A DNA stretch of 64,000 nt. Source: Candidatus Woesebacteria bacterium (GTDB lineage: Bacteria; Patescibacteriota; Microgenomatia; UBA8517). Below, in pieces: positions 35,099-44,722 of this stretch (within the stretch, counting starts at the first letter, position 1; the number at the start of each line of letters is the position of its first letter). The position numbers and the translations under genes were made by a program. The notes under the pieces are model-generated. The model was not told the origin of the DNA, made no database searches, and worked only from the letters and a program-made list of their open reading frames with translations. Location: assembly GCA_016432365.1 (NCBI GenBank), contig CP066686.1, positions 410,906-474,905 on the forward strand, read 5' to 3'.

Positions 35099-37018
35099 AT
35101 GAACATATTAATTACAGGTGGGGCGGGCTTCATTGGAAGCAACTTCGTCCACTATTGGATCAAAAAGCACCCCAATGACAAGATAAGGGTCCTGGATGCG
35201 TTAACTTTTGCCGGCAACAAGGCTAACTTAAACGGAGTTTTAAGAAAAATCGACTTTGTGGAGGGTGATATCACTAGTCACGACCAGGTTGCTGCAAGCA
35301 TGAAGGGGATTGACACGGTGGTCCATTTTGCCGCGGAAAGCCATGTGGATAGAAGCATTTTTGACCCAAGCAGGTTCTGGAAAACAAATGTTGAAGGAAC
35401 TCAAGTTTTGCTTGAAGAAGCTCTAAAAGCCAAAGTACCCAGATTTCACCATGTTTCAACAGATGAGGTTTATGGTGAGTTGGCGCTCGATTCTAAAGAA
35501 CGTTTTAATGAGGATACTCCCTACGCGCCCCAACCTGACAACCTTTACGCTATAAGTAAAGCCGAGGCAGATCGTGTTACCCGCGAATTCTACAAACAAA
35601 CTGGCATGTTTATTACAATTTCTAACTGTTCCAATAATTACGGACCTTTCCAATTCCCCGAGAAATTTATTCCTATTTTGGTTACGAATCTTATCGATGG
35701 CTATAAGGCTCCGGTTCATGGTGACGGTCAGCATGTCCGCGACTGGATTCATACCAGTGACCATGCTACGGCGGTGGACCTAATACTCGAAAAGGGAAAA
35801 CCGGGAGAGACCTACCTAGTAGGAAGCAGGAATGATGTTCCAAATAAATATATCGCCGAACGTATCGTCAACCTTTATGGAAAGGACGATAGTTGGATCA
35901 AATATGTTCCCGACAGACATAGTAACGATAGACGTTACGCAATCGATTCCACAAGGATGATTAAGGAGTTAGGTTGGAAACCGGCAATTACTCGCGAAAA
36001 TTTTGACGATGGCCTAAAAGACACAATTTCCTGGTATAAGGGACACCCCGAATGGTGGAGACCGCTTCTAAAAAGGAAAGCCATGATTGCCGACGGAGAT
36101 CAAAAGGTTTTCGCATACGTCGAAATCGATCGCAATTTAGGTAAAACAAAGTTTATATACAAAGAACAAGAGGAGGGTAAAAAGGACAAACTTAAGTCCA
36201 GAATGCTTGGAAGCGATCCCAACAAAGTGTCGTTAATTGTACACAAACTTAAAAGTCATGCTTGGTATAAAAACTCCAGCAAGCCAATTCAAAAGAAGGT
36301 TGTTGATTTGGTCAAGATTGCCAGAACTTCAGGTTTTGTAGACGATTTGGCAAATAGACCGGAACTTATGGGAACTTTGAAGCAAAATAAAATAGTAAAA
36401 ATTGAATATTCTCCTGACAAATTTGGGATTTATGGGGTTGCTATATGGTTTGAAGTGGAAAACCCACAAGGTGAAACTCATGTAGAAGGGTATTATTCTT
36501 GGGCGATGGGAGTCAAATCCGGGGCTAAACTTTTGGTTCTTATCCGCCACAAAGACAGGATTACTCATTTAGCTCTAACTAAAGAGGAAAAATTCCCGAT
36601 GGGCTCTGTTATTTACAATTTGGCCGGTGGGTTTCCCAGAATTAACGAATCGGTTTTCGACCTTATTCACCGTAAACTGGAGGATGATTTGGGAATAGAT
36701 GTTAAAAACGGTTCCGTAAAACTTGGCGAAATCATTGGGCTCGGACGTGTCATGCCCGATAGCGGAATGACAAATAACCATCCGTTTTTATATGCACTGG
36801 TACTAGACCTTGAGGACAATATTTTTCCTCCTATCAAGATGGGTGAAATTTATGAGGGAGCCGGAAAATTGGTTCTTTGGCCGATAGAGCGTTTGCAGGA
36901 ACTTGTAAATAAGGTTGATGATTCCTACTTTTTGTCAGCTTTGGCAAGGCTCACATTGAGCGGTGTCAGCGACATCAAATTGGGTGATAAGCGAGTAGTT
37001 TGGCAAAAACACCAATAG
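35099..37018 (+). CDS. rfbB: dTDP-glucose 4,6-dehydratase fused to a C-terminal Nudix-like domain
   Basis: TGGAGFIGSN, HFAAESHVDRS, STDEVYG, YxxSK, SNNYGPFQFPEK; ~310-aa extension with GGFPRINESVFDLIHRKLEDDLGI. Confidence 0.9.
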   Translation: MNILITGGAGFIGSNFVHYWIKKHPNDKIRVLDALTFAGNKANLNGVLRKIDFVEGDITSHDQVAASMKGIDTVVHFAAESHVDRSIFDPSRFWKTNVEGTQVLLEEALKAKVPRFHHVSTDEVYGELALDSKERFNEDTPYAPQPDNLYAISKAEADRVTREFYKQTGMFITISNCSNNYGPFQFPEKFIPILVTNLIDGYKAPVHGDGQHVRDWIHTSDHATAVDLILEKGKPGETYLVGSRNDVPNKYIAERIVNLYGKDDSWIKYVPDRHSNDRRYAIDSTRMIKELGWKPAITRENFDDGLKDTISWYKGHPEWWRPLLKRKAMIADGDQKVFAYVEIDRNLGKTKFIYKEQEEGKKDKLKSRMLGSDPNKVSLIVHKLKSHAWYKNSSKPIQKKVVDLVKIARTSGFVDDLANRPELMGTLKQNKIVKIEYSPDKFGIYGVAIWFEVENPQGETHVEGYYSWAMGVKSGAKLLVLIRHKDRITHLALTKEEKFPMGSVIYNLAGGFPRINESVFDLIHRKLEDDLGIDVKNGSVKLGEIIGLGRVMPDSGMTNNHPFLYALVLDLEDNIFPPIKMGEIYEGAGKLVLWPIERLQELVNKVDDSYFLSALARLTLSGVSDIKLGDKRVVWQKHQ

Positions 37019-37036
37019 ACCGTATAATTACTTCAT

Positions 37037-37624
37037 ATGATGCGGTTCGACCCCGGTAAGCATATCAAAAAGACGTCTATTCCGGGAGTTGTTCTCATTG
37101 AGCGTCCAATCTTGGGTGACGCCCGCGGGTTTCTTCATGAACCATATAACAAGGAAGAACTCAAAGCCGCGACCGGGGTTGAATTTAACCCGGTCCAGTG
37201 GACTCATGCGTATATAAAACCAGGTGTAGTGAAGGCGGTTCATTCGGAGGATTGGAACAAATTAATTTATCCGATAACAGGAATTCTCTACGCTCCGATT
37301 GTGGACCTCCGGCCCGAGAGCCCCACTTTTGGCAAGGTGGAATATATTACAATCGACAATACAAAAGAAGATTCTCCGAGACATGCTCTCTTTTTGCCGA
37401 GTGGGGGAATTGGAAATTCAATTGGCGTTTTGGGGGATGAGATGATGCATTATTTTTATTTAATCGATGAATATTGGGACGATTCAAAGGCTAGGGGGGT
37501 TGCATGGAACGATCCGGATTTAAACATTAAGTGGCCGGTGGAGAATCCCATACTTTCCGAACGTGACCAACACAATCCCACCTTGAGAGAACTTTTCCCT
37601 GAAAAATTTAAGAACAAAAAATGA
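37037..37624 (+). CDS. rfbC: dTDP-4-dehydrorhamnose 3,5-epimerase (divergent)
   Basis: DARGF, VDLRPESPTFGK, WNDPDLNIKWP, LSERD. Confidence 0.85.
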   Translation: MMRFDPGKHIKKTSIPGVVLIERPILGDARGFLHEPYNKEELKAATGVEFNPVQWTHAYIKPGVVKAVHSEDWNKLIYPITGILYAPIVDLRPESPTFGKVEYITIDNTKEDSPRHALFLPSGGIGNSIGVLGDEMMHYFYLIDEYWDDSKARGVAWNDPDLNIKWPVENPILSERDQHNPTLRELFPEKFKNKK

Positions 37625-38523
37625 AAAAAGTATTGATAATCGGCGGGACTGGAATGGTAGCTTCACGGTTTGTTGATTTGACAAAAAAAATCTTGGATAT
37701 CACTTCAATCGACGAAAAGACCTTGGATATTACAGATGGTATAGCGGTAGAAAAATATCTGGAAAAAAATAAATTTGATGCAGTAGTAAATTTTGCCGCT
37801 TTTACAAATGTTGATGCGGCTGAGAAAGAAACAGGCAACGAAGAAGGGCTCACCTACAGATTAAATGTGTTAGGACCAAAAAATTTGGCTGAATACTGTA
37901 ACAACAACAATACTTTTTTAGTTCACATCTCTACAGACTTTGTTTTTCCCGGAACAGAAGGGCAGCCTGGCCCGTACGATGAAGATGCGCCTTTGCCGGA
38001 GACTCCAACCGGAATTGGCTGGTATGGTTGGACAAAAAATAGAGCGGAAGTAATGATTCAAAGTACCTCCACAGACTACGCTATTGTAAGGTATGCATAT
38101 CCTTTCCGTGCGGCACCTTTCGAATTGAAAAGCGATTGGGCTAGGGGAGTGATCAAGTTGTATGAGGAGAAAAAGTTATATCCTCTTTTTACCGACCAGA
38201 CTCAAAGCGTTATCTTTATAGACGATTTGGTTGAACCTCTAGTTAAAATTATTGACGGGAAACTTAATGGTGTTTTTCATATCGCCTCAAAAGATACTAC
38301 AACTCCGCATGAAATAGCTTCATATCTATTGGAAAAATATGTAGGTAAGCCTGTGGAACTTGAAAAGGGTCTGATGGCGGAATTTCTGAAAGCCCCGGGA
38401 AGAACTCCAAGGCCCCGAGTCGGTGGATTTAAAGTCGAAAAAACGCAAGCTAAGTTAGGGGTTCAGTTTAAAACCTGGAAAGAAATGGTTGATGAGTTTG
38501 TAAGTCAGCTTAATAAACAATAA
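37621..38523 (+). CDS. rfbD: dTDP-4-dehydrorhamnose reductase
   Basis: GGTGMVA, AAFTNVDAAE, HISTDFVF, YGWTK. Confidence 0.9.
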   Translation: MKKVLIIGGTGMVASRFVDLTKKILDITSIDEKTLDITDGIAVEKYLEKNKFDAVVNFAAFTNVDAAEKETGNEEGLTYRLNVLGPKNLAEYCNNNNTFLVHISTDFVFPGTEGQPGPYDEDAPLPETPTGIGWYGWTKNRAEVMIQSTSTDYAIVRYAYPFRAAPFELKSDWARGVIKLYEEKKLYPLFTDQTQSVIFIDDLVEPLVKIIDGKLNGVFHIASKDTTTPHEIASYLLEKYVGKPVELEKGLMAEFLKAPGRTPRPRVGGFKVEKTQAKLGVQFKTWKEMVDEFVSQLNKQ

Positions 38524-38559
38524 AAAGACTCGGATCGTTTTTCTCGACACGAGTCTTTT
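38522..38559. terminator. Bidirectional terminator-like hairpin
   Basis: AAAAGACTCG...CGAGTCTTTT between convergent genes. Confidence 0.7.
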
Positions 38560-38577
38560 GGGGCATTTGCTGTTTTT

Positions 38578-38772
38578 TTAGGTGATTTGGAAAATGTAGC
38601 CAAAGTAGGCTAAGACAGCTATGGCAAACAGCACCAGTCCCCTTATGGCCCATGTGTTCTGTCTTGGGGTCATTGGTGCGTAAAGCCCGCCTGATACAGC
38701 AAAGATCCAGTGAAATATCGCAATTACCAAACACACAATTGCAAGAACGCTAAAAAACTCACTTAGTTCCAT
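38578..38772 (-). CDS. Small 2-TM protein (64 aa)
   Basis: TAAGGAG SD; own promoter CCCATA-ac-TTTACT-N17-TATATT at 38837-38873. Confidence 0.7.
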   Translation of the reverse strand: MELSEFFSVLAIVCLVIAIFHWIFAVSGGLYAPMTPRQNTWAIRGLVLFAIAVLAYFGYIFQIT

Positions 38773-38866
38773 AAGTTGCTCCTTATTTGAACAAATAGAC
38801 AGATTTAAGAGAATACGTTTCTACTTTATCAGGGAGAATATAACATATTTGTCGAATGAAGTAAAG

Positions 38867-39520
38867 TTATGGGATGTCAGAATTTGGTTTGTCGTTCCTC
38901 CATTCAGAAATTTTCTTGTGATTCCCCGAAAGAAGCACCTTGGGTACTTTCCATCCGCGATACACTTCGGGCCTAGTGTACTGCGGATATTCGCTTTCCA
39001 TTCCGGAAAAGGACTCCTCAGTTAAGGATTTGGGTTTTATAACATTTGGGATTAGCCTTGTAACAGTATCAGCTATAACCATGGCCGGGATTTCCCCGCC
39101 GGTCAAAACATAATCTCCTATGGAAACTACGTCATCTACTAAATTTTCAGCGACTCTATTATCAATGCCTTCGTAATGTCCACAGAGGATAATCATCCTT
39201 TTGAGTTTTGAGTATTCGTTCGCCTTATCTTGTGTAAATTTTGCACCCCCAGCCGAAGTCAGTATGATTTTTTGCCCCTTAGTGCCAGGTTTAGCTTTAA
39301 TAGATTTAAGACAGGCATCAATTATATCAACCCTAAGAATCATTCCTGCCCCTCCTCCATAGGGTCTGTCGTCTACGTTTTTTCTTACACCTTCTCCGAA
39401 ATGTCTTAGATCCACTATGTTTAAATCTATAAACTTTTTATCTTGGGCACGCCACAATATAGATTGGTTCATTGGCCCATCAAACATTTTCGGGAAAAGT
39501 GTGATTATGTCAATTTGCAT
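38867..39520 (-). CDS. trmD: tRNA (guanine37-N1)-methyltransferase
   Basis: VDDRPYGGGAGM, CGHYEGID, SIGDYVLTGGE, YPQYTRP, LLSGNH. Confidence 0.97.
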   Translation of the reverse strand: MQIDIITLFPKMFDGPMNQSILWRAQDKKFIDLNIVDLRHFGEGVRKNVDDRPYGGGAGMILRVDIIDACLKSIKAKPGTKGQKIILTSAGGAKFTQDKANEYSKLKRMIILCGHYEGIDNRVAENLVDDVVSIGDYVLTGGEIPAMVIADTVTRLIPNVIKPKSLTEESFSGMESEYPQYTRPEVYRGWKVPKVLLSGNHKKISEWRNDKPNSDIP

Positions 39521-39542
39521 GATCATATTGTATCATTAAGGC

Positions 39543-40691
39543 ATGGAGAAAGTTGTCATAGTCATGCCTGCTTACAACGAAGCTCAAAATGTTGCTCTCA
39601 TGGTTCACGAGCTTTTTTCTAAGGAGTTTCCTAAAATTGACGGAGTGGAAATGCATCTTTTGGTGGTTGATGATTTTTCTCCCGACGGAACAGGTGATGT
39701 GGTGAAAAATTTAATGAAGCATCACAAAAATCTCCACATTCTTCAAAAAGAGAAAGAAGGGTTAGGGTGGGCATATGTTCGTGGTATGCAGTACGCTATG
39801 CACAAACTTCATGCAGATGCGGTTTTGGAGATGGATGCGGACTTCCAGCATCCCCCGAGATTTGTTAAACCAATGGTGGATGCCTATTTAAAAGGTGCTG
39901 ATTATGCAATCGGATCCAGATACATTAAAGGGGGTTCTGTTCCATCTGAGTGGGCATTAAGCAGAAAGGCGGTAAGTTTTTTTGGAAATTTATTTATTCG
40001 GACTGTTCTACTTAATTTCAAAGTTCACGACTTGACTACTGGTTTTAGATTGTCGAGGGTAAAAGGGGTACTCGATAAAATCGAGTTGGAAAAATTAATG
40101 GATCTGGACCGTTTTGCTTATAAAGTTGATCTTTTATATCAGTGTCTTAAAAACTCGAAAAAAACTGTAGAAGTTCCGCTTGAGTTCGCTGCAAGAACTA
40201 AAGAAAAATCTAAATTTAATTGGAAAGAAATGGTGGCAACTTTTACAGTCGCTATCATTCTGGGAATAAAAGATAAACAGAGATTTATTAAATTCGGAAT
40301 CGTTGGAGGGACCGGTTTTGTCGTTAACTTTTTAGGACTTGAGATTTTGAAGCGTTTCGGATTTACAACTTTTATGGCAACACTCTTGGCAACAGAGGCG
40401 GCGATTATTTCTAACTTCATTTTCAATAATATTTGGACATTCAAAGACAAAGTTATTACAAAAGTGTCTGATATTTTTGTCCAATTTTTTAAATTTAACC
40501 TTTCGTCGCTGTTTGCAGTTATCGTTCAACCCTTTATTGTTTCGGGGGCGGTTAGTATTTTTGGTGACACTTCGTTAGTTCGTCTTGGGGCATTATTATT
40601 TGCTTTATTCGCCGTTGTTTTGCCTTACAATTACATTGTCTATAATGTTTTCATCTGGCGAACATGGAAAATCCCCAAATTTTCCAGATGA
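39543..40691 (+). CDS. Polyprenol-phosphate mannosyltransferase-like GT2 fused to GtrA domain
   Basis: PAYNE, VDDFSPDGT, MDADFQHPP, GSRY, DLTTGFR; C-terminal FIKFGIVG...NFIFNNIWTF. Confidence 0.9.
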   Translation: MEKVVIVMPAYNEAQNVALMVHELFSKEFPKIDGVEMHLLVVDDFSPDGTGDVVKNLMKHHKNLHILQKEKEGLGWAYVRGMQYAMHKLHADAVLEMDADFQHPPRFVKPMVDAYLKGADYAIGSRYIKGGSVPSEWALSRKAVSFFGNLFIRTVLLNFKVHDLTTGFRLSRVKGVLDKIELEKLMDLDRFAYKVDLLYQCLKNSKKTVEVPLEFAARTKEKSKFNWKEMVATFTVAIILGIKDKQRFIKFGIVGGTGFVVNFLGLEILKRFGFTTFMATLLATEAAIISNFIFNNIWTFKDKVITKVSDIFVQFFKFNLSSLFAVIVQPFIVSGAVSIFGDTSLVRLGALLFALFAVVLPYNYIVYNVFIWRTWKIPKFSR

Positions 40692-40745
40692 GACAGAAAA
40701 GATCTCTGGCTTGCCAGAGTAGCCTTATCTGGCGAACATGGAAAA
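40653..40745 (+). repeat. 19-bp direct repeat (40653-40671 and 40727-40745)
   Basis: ATCTGGCGAACATGGAAAA twice, flanking a CTCTGGC-TT-GCCAGAG palindrome. Confidence 0.85.
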
Positions 40746-40763
40746 ATCCGTTTGCAGATAAAT

Positions 40764-41174
40764 CTAAGAAGACGTAACAGGAACTCTAAATTTATACCCG
40801 TAGTTAATCAAACCGGCATCTCCGTCCTCCTTTAGCTTTCTCGTCACCATTTCTACTTTGGTACCAATTTCTATCGGGGTATCTGTGTCCGGCAGATCTG
40901 TTAATTGAGCGGTTATCATCGGCCCCTCTTCGAGTTTTACTAAGGCGACTTGGTATGGGACGGATCCTTCAAAGCCGGCAGGTGGTTCATAAATTATGGT
41001 TGATGAATATATTTCTCCTTTTCCACTCATCGCAAACGGAATATGAGCTTCTCCGTGGCAATCGGGACAAACATCACGTGGAGGAAAGACTTTGTGTCCG
41101 TTTTCGCATACCTCGCCTACTAGCCTGTACCTTTGCGCATTCAATCTCCAGTGACGGGGAATTTCGTGTCCCAT
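40764..41174 (-). CDS. DUF35-type Zn-ribbon/OB-fold protein
   Basis: CENGH...PPRDVCPDC, PY.VALVKLEEG...TAQLTD, YGYKF. Confidence 0.88.
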   Translation of the reverse strand: MGHEIPRHWRLNAQRYRLVGEVCENGHKVFPPRDVCPDCHGEAHIPFAMSGKGEIYSSTIIYEPPAGFEGSVPYQVALVKLEEGPMITAQLTDLPDTDTPIEIGTKVEMVTRKLKEDGDAGLINYGYKFRVPVTSS

Positions 41175-41204
41175 ACACAGTTAGTCTGGAGTTCTCACCA
41201 AAAC

Positions 41205-41232
41205 CCATGGTTCGACTTCACTCACCACAAGC
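41205..41232 (+). repeat. REP-like short element
   Basis: ATGGTTCGACTTCACTCACCAC imperfect palindrome (TGGT...ACCA) in an intergenic region. Confidence 0.45.
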
Positions 41233-41236
41233 TTTA

Positions 41237-42397
41237 TTAGAGGAATGGTCCCCAATTGCTGATTGGCATTACATTTTGGCTTAAGAAAGCCAACGAGAAA
41301 AGATAGATGGGGATAATTATTACCGCGAATGCCACCTTAAATTCTTTTTTAACTAAAACATCGGAAAAAGCTACAAAGAGAAACGGTACTATTGGTAAGG
41401 AATACCTCATCAGATCTCTGTGGGCAATAAAAAGAGAGAGGATATAGAAAATACCGACAAAAATTCCATACTCAAATTCTTTTTTCTGAAAGAGTCTGTA
41501 TACCCCGATGGCTCCAAAAAAATAAATAAAGATTATTTCCTCAAGCCAAAAAGTTCCGACCCAGGGTGCGGAATAATTAAATATCGAAAAAGGAGGGAAA
41601 ATCAGATGAATATTATCTCCCGAATGAAAATACGCCCAAAAATCACCTTGGGTTAGGAAATAAAATGTAAATACCAACAAAAGTGACAATGGAATTAAAA
41701 GAAGAGGATATGTTTTTTTGAAATTTAACTTTTCTATTAATTTATTGCCGGAAACATTAATTCGGTCGCGAATGAACGGGATTAAAAGGTAGGCAAAATA
41801 GGAGATGAATAAAAGAATTCCGGGCGATTTTGTTAGTTGGGCGACGGCACCCCAAACTCCGGCAAGTAAATACTTTTTATTTTTAAAGAAATAAAGGGAC
41901 GCAATAATACCTGCGACAAAAAGTGGATCGGCTGACCCAACCGATCTCACCACTAGCCAACGCGCCGGGAATATTGAAAATAAGAATGTCAGGAAAAGTG
42001 CGTTTTTTTCGTCGGTGTATTGGCCAATCAATTTAAAGAAAAAGTACGTTGCGAGGACCCCGGACATTAAAGTCACAATTAGCATTGCGTAAGGGTAGTT
42101 TGTTACGGTTCCTACAAGACGAATCAAAATAGGGAAAAGGGGAAAGTGTGCCGTATAGTATTCGGTCGAAAGCGGAAATTGGAAGCCGGACTCGATTGCA
42201 ACCTTGTTGTACATAGTTTTGGCTGCAACCATGTAGAGCGGTCCGTCATAGTTCGCGACAATTGTCGCCAATCCGTTTTGCCGCAGAGGGACTCTCCAGA
42301 GTGAGCTTAAACGAAATACAAAAGGCAGCCAAATCAAGACGGTTGGGACTAGCGAAAGAAGGGCAATCGTGGCTAAGTTCTTCAATTTTCCGTGCAT
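41237..42397 (-). CDS. GT-C fold membrane glycosyltransferase (PIG-V/mannosyltransferase-like)
   Basis: YDGPLY loop, HFPLFP, LTKSPG, RY; multiple TMs. Confidence 0.7.
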   Translation of the reverse strand: MHGKLKNLATIALLSLVPTVLIWLPFVFRLSSLWRVPLRQNGLATIVANYDGPLYMVAAKTMYNKVAIESGFQFPLSTEYYTAHFPLFPILIRLVGTVTNYPYAMLIVTLMSGVLATYFFFKLIGQYTDEKNALFLTFLFSIFPARWLVVRSVGSADPLFVAGIIASLYFFKNKKYLLAGVWGAVAQLTKSPGILLFISYFAYLLIPFIRDRINVSGNKLIEKLNFKKTYPLLLIPLSLLLVFTFYFLTQGDFWAYFHSGDNIHLIFPPFSIFNYSAPWVGTFWLEEIIFIYFFGAIGVYRLFQKKEFEYGIFVGIFYILSLFIAHRDLMRYSLPIVPFLFVAFSDVLVKKEFKVAFAVIIIPIYLFSLAFLSQNVMPISNWGPFL

Positions 42398-42443
42398 GTT
42401 TCAAATATAGCACGTTGCGTGTTTGATATGCTACACTGCTTTT

Positions 42444-43154
42444 GTGGCTAAATTAATTCAAGAGATATCGGTTTTTCTACCGACTTACAATGAAGAATCA
42501 AACATAGGTCTTGTTATCGTCAAAACTACCGAAGTACTCAAGGCTGTCGCCGAAAAATGGGAGCTTTTAATAATCAATGACGGTTCAACCGATTCAACGC
42601 GGGAAGTTGCCCTCACATTTTCAAAATTTGATAAAAATATCAGACTAGTCGATAACGAAAAAAACATGGGTTATGGGGCAGCGCTTGCATCCGGTTTTTA
42701 CAATTCAAAATACGAATGGATTGCCTTCATCGATTCTGATGGCCAATTTGATCTTGCCGAGATTGTAAACTTTATCGAAAAACAAAGGAATACAAAAGCA
42801 GACCTGGTCATAGGCTATTACGTATCACGAAAGGTGAGCTTTGGAAAAAAAATTACGAGCAGAATGTGGGAGACGTTAGTCTATCTGCTGTTTGGCCTTA
42901 AAGTACATGATATCGATTGCGGTTTTAAGTTGATTTCCAAAAAAGTGCTAGATAAAATTTCAAAATTGGAAAGTGAACGTGGAGCTTTTGTATCAAGTGA
43001 ACTCTTGATTAAGGCAAAAAAAGCAGGATTTAAAATCGAGGAAGTTCCGGTTACTCATTACCCCAGAATTAAAGGAGTGGGAACCGGAAGAAATATAAAT
43101 GTTATTCTAAAGAGTTTCGCCGACCTGTTTAGACTTTGGAGAAAACTCAAATGA
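42444..43154 (+). CDS. GT2 (polyprenol-phosphate glycosyltransferase-like)
   Basis: PTYNEE, NDGSTD, GYG.AL, DSDGQF, DIDCGFK. Confidence 0.9.
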   Translation: MAKLIQEISVFLPTYNEESNIGLVIVKTTEVLKAVAEKWELLIINDGSTDSTREVALTFSKFDKNIRLVDNEKNMGYGAALASGFYNSKYEWIAFIDSDGQFDLAEIVNFIEKQRNTKADLVIGYYVSRKVSFGKKITSRMWETLVYLLFGLKVHDIDCGFKLISKKVLDKISKLESERGAFVSSELLIKAKKAGFKIEEVPVTHYPRIKGVGTGRNINVILKSFADLFRLWRKLK

Positions 43155-44722
43155 AATTAATAATTAATAATTTAAAATTCAAAATTACAAACTTTATAAA
43201 ACACAATAAAACTGAAGTGCTTTTGTTGATTTTAATTTTGTCAGTTGCGGCATTTTTTAGACTTTACAGAATTTCTGATTACATGACGTTTTTAAGCGAT
43301 GAGGGACGGGATGTAATTATTGTTAGAAGGTTTATTACCGAACTTCACCCACCTCTGATTGGGCCTGGGACTTCAGTTGGAAATATGTATTTGGGGCCGC
43401 TTTATTACTATATGATGGCCCCGGCTCTATTGCTGGCAAACTTTTCTCCAGTGGGACCGGCAATCCAAATTGCACTTTTGGGAGTTGTGACGGTTTTCTT
43501 TGTTTGGTTTGTTGGACGAAAATGGTTTCCTTCGGGGGAGAAGGTTGCCTGGGGAGCATTAATTGTGGCTGGTCTTTATGCGATTTCACCAACGGTTATA
43601 GACTTCTCAAGATCTTCCTGGAATCCAAATATAATGCCTTTCTTTTCGTTACTTTCCATATATTCAATATGGAAAGTATACGAATCCCGCGGAGCCTTGC
43701 GCGGAGTGGGATGCTGGCTTATAACATTGGGGATTTCCTACGCCTTTGTTCTTCAGTCTCATTATCTTGGTCTTTTGCTTGCCCCAACACTTTTTGTTTT
43801 TTGGTTATTAACGTTATTCAAAATTAAAAATGACAAACTTGTTAAAGCTATATTTGTCCGCTCTTCGCTCTTGGCTTTTTTGCTCTTTGCTCTTTTGATG
43901 TCTCCACTATTAATCTTTGACATACGCCATAATTGGCAAAATTATAATGCGATAAAAATATTTTTTACTTCCAGCCGTGATGTTGGCCTTCCTCTTTTGG
44001 CATATTTATCAAAAATTTGGACAACTTCCCTTATGCTTTTTACGAATTTGCTTATGGCTAAAAATATGTATTTGGGAACTTTGGCGGTTTTGGTTTCAAT
44101 AATATTTTTGGGCTGGATTTACAAAAAGCATTTTTTGAGAGGTGCCTACTTGCTTCTGTTTTTATGGATTGCGGTGGGTCTTATTGGAATAGCTGCTTAT
44201 AGAGGGCAGATTTATGACCATTATCTTGGTTTTTTGTTTCCGGCACCGTTTTTGTTATTAGGAGCTTTTGCTCAAAAAGTTTTGGATAGTAAAAACTTGT
44301 TGGCTAAAATTTTATTCTCTCTAACCATTGGGTGTGTAGTCTTTTTTAGTTTACAAAACGACCCTCCGTTTGTTAATCCCGGGTATCAAATGCCCAGGGT
44401 AATTTCAGTGGCAAAAGTTATACAGGAGAAGGCTGGTGGGGCCAAATTTAATTTAGCTGCCATATCAGATTTTGATGATAGAAGTGTTTATCTATATTTT
44501 CTAACCATTTGGGGTGCTAGAGTGGTTGATACCGACCCTTCCACTTCTGAATTTACACAAACTGATCAGCTCTTTGTTGTATGTGAATATGAAAAATCTA
44601 GGTGCGATCCGACACATAGCCCTTCCGCCTGGATTACCAGGTTCGGATGGACTAAAATAGTGGATGAATGGGAAGTTTGGGGAGGAACTCTTTATAAACT
44701 AGGCCACGCGAACTCAAAATGA
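43151..44722 (+). CDS. ArnT/PMT-like (GT39/GT83) membrane glycosyltransferase
   Basis: FRLYRI...FLSDEGRD, LIGP, GPLYYY, SRSSWNP. Confidence 0.8.
   Translation: MKLIINNLKFKITNFIKHNKTEVLLLILILSVAAFFRLYRISDYMTFLSDEGRDVIIVRRFITELHPPLIGPGTSVGNMYLGPLYYYMMAPALLLANFSPVGPAIQIALLGVVTVFFVWFVGRKWFPSGEKVAWGALIVAGLYAISPTVIDFSRSSWNPNIMPFFSLLSIYSIWKVYESRGALRGVGCWLITLGISYAFVLQSHYLGLLLAPTLFVFWLLTLFKIKNDKLVKAIFVRSSLLAFLLFALLMSPLLIFDIRHNWQNYNAIKIFFTSSRDVGLPLLAYLSKIWTTSLMLFTNLLMAKNMYLGTLAVLVSIIFLGWIYKKHFLRGAYLLLFLWIAVGLIGIAAYRGQIYDHYLGFLFPAPFLLLGAFAQKVLDSKNLLAKILFSLTIGCVVFFSLQNDPPFVNPGYQMPRVISVAKVIQEKAGGAKFNLAAISDFDDRSVYLYFLTIWGARVVDTDPSTSEFTQTDQLFVVCEYEKSRCDPTHSPSAWITRFGWTKIVDEWEVWGGTLYKLGHANSK

Noticed and set aside
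41205-41232. GGTTCGACT looks like a tRNA T-loop
   Set aside because: No cloverleaf or room for one in the 62-nt gap; better explained as a REP-like palindrome.
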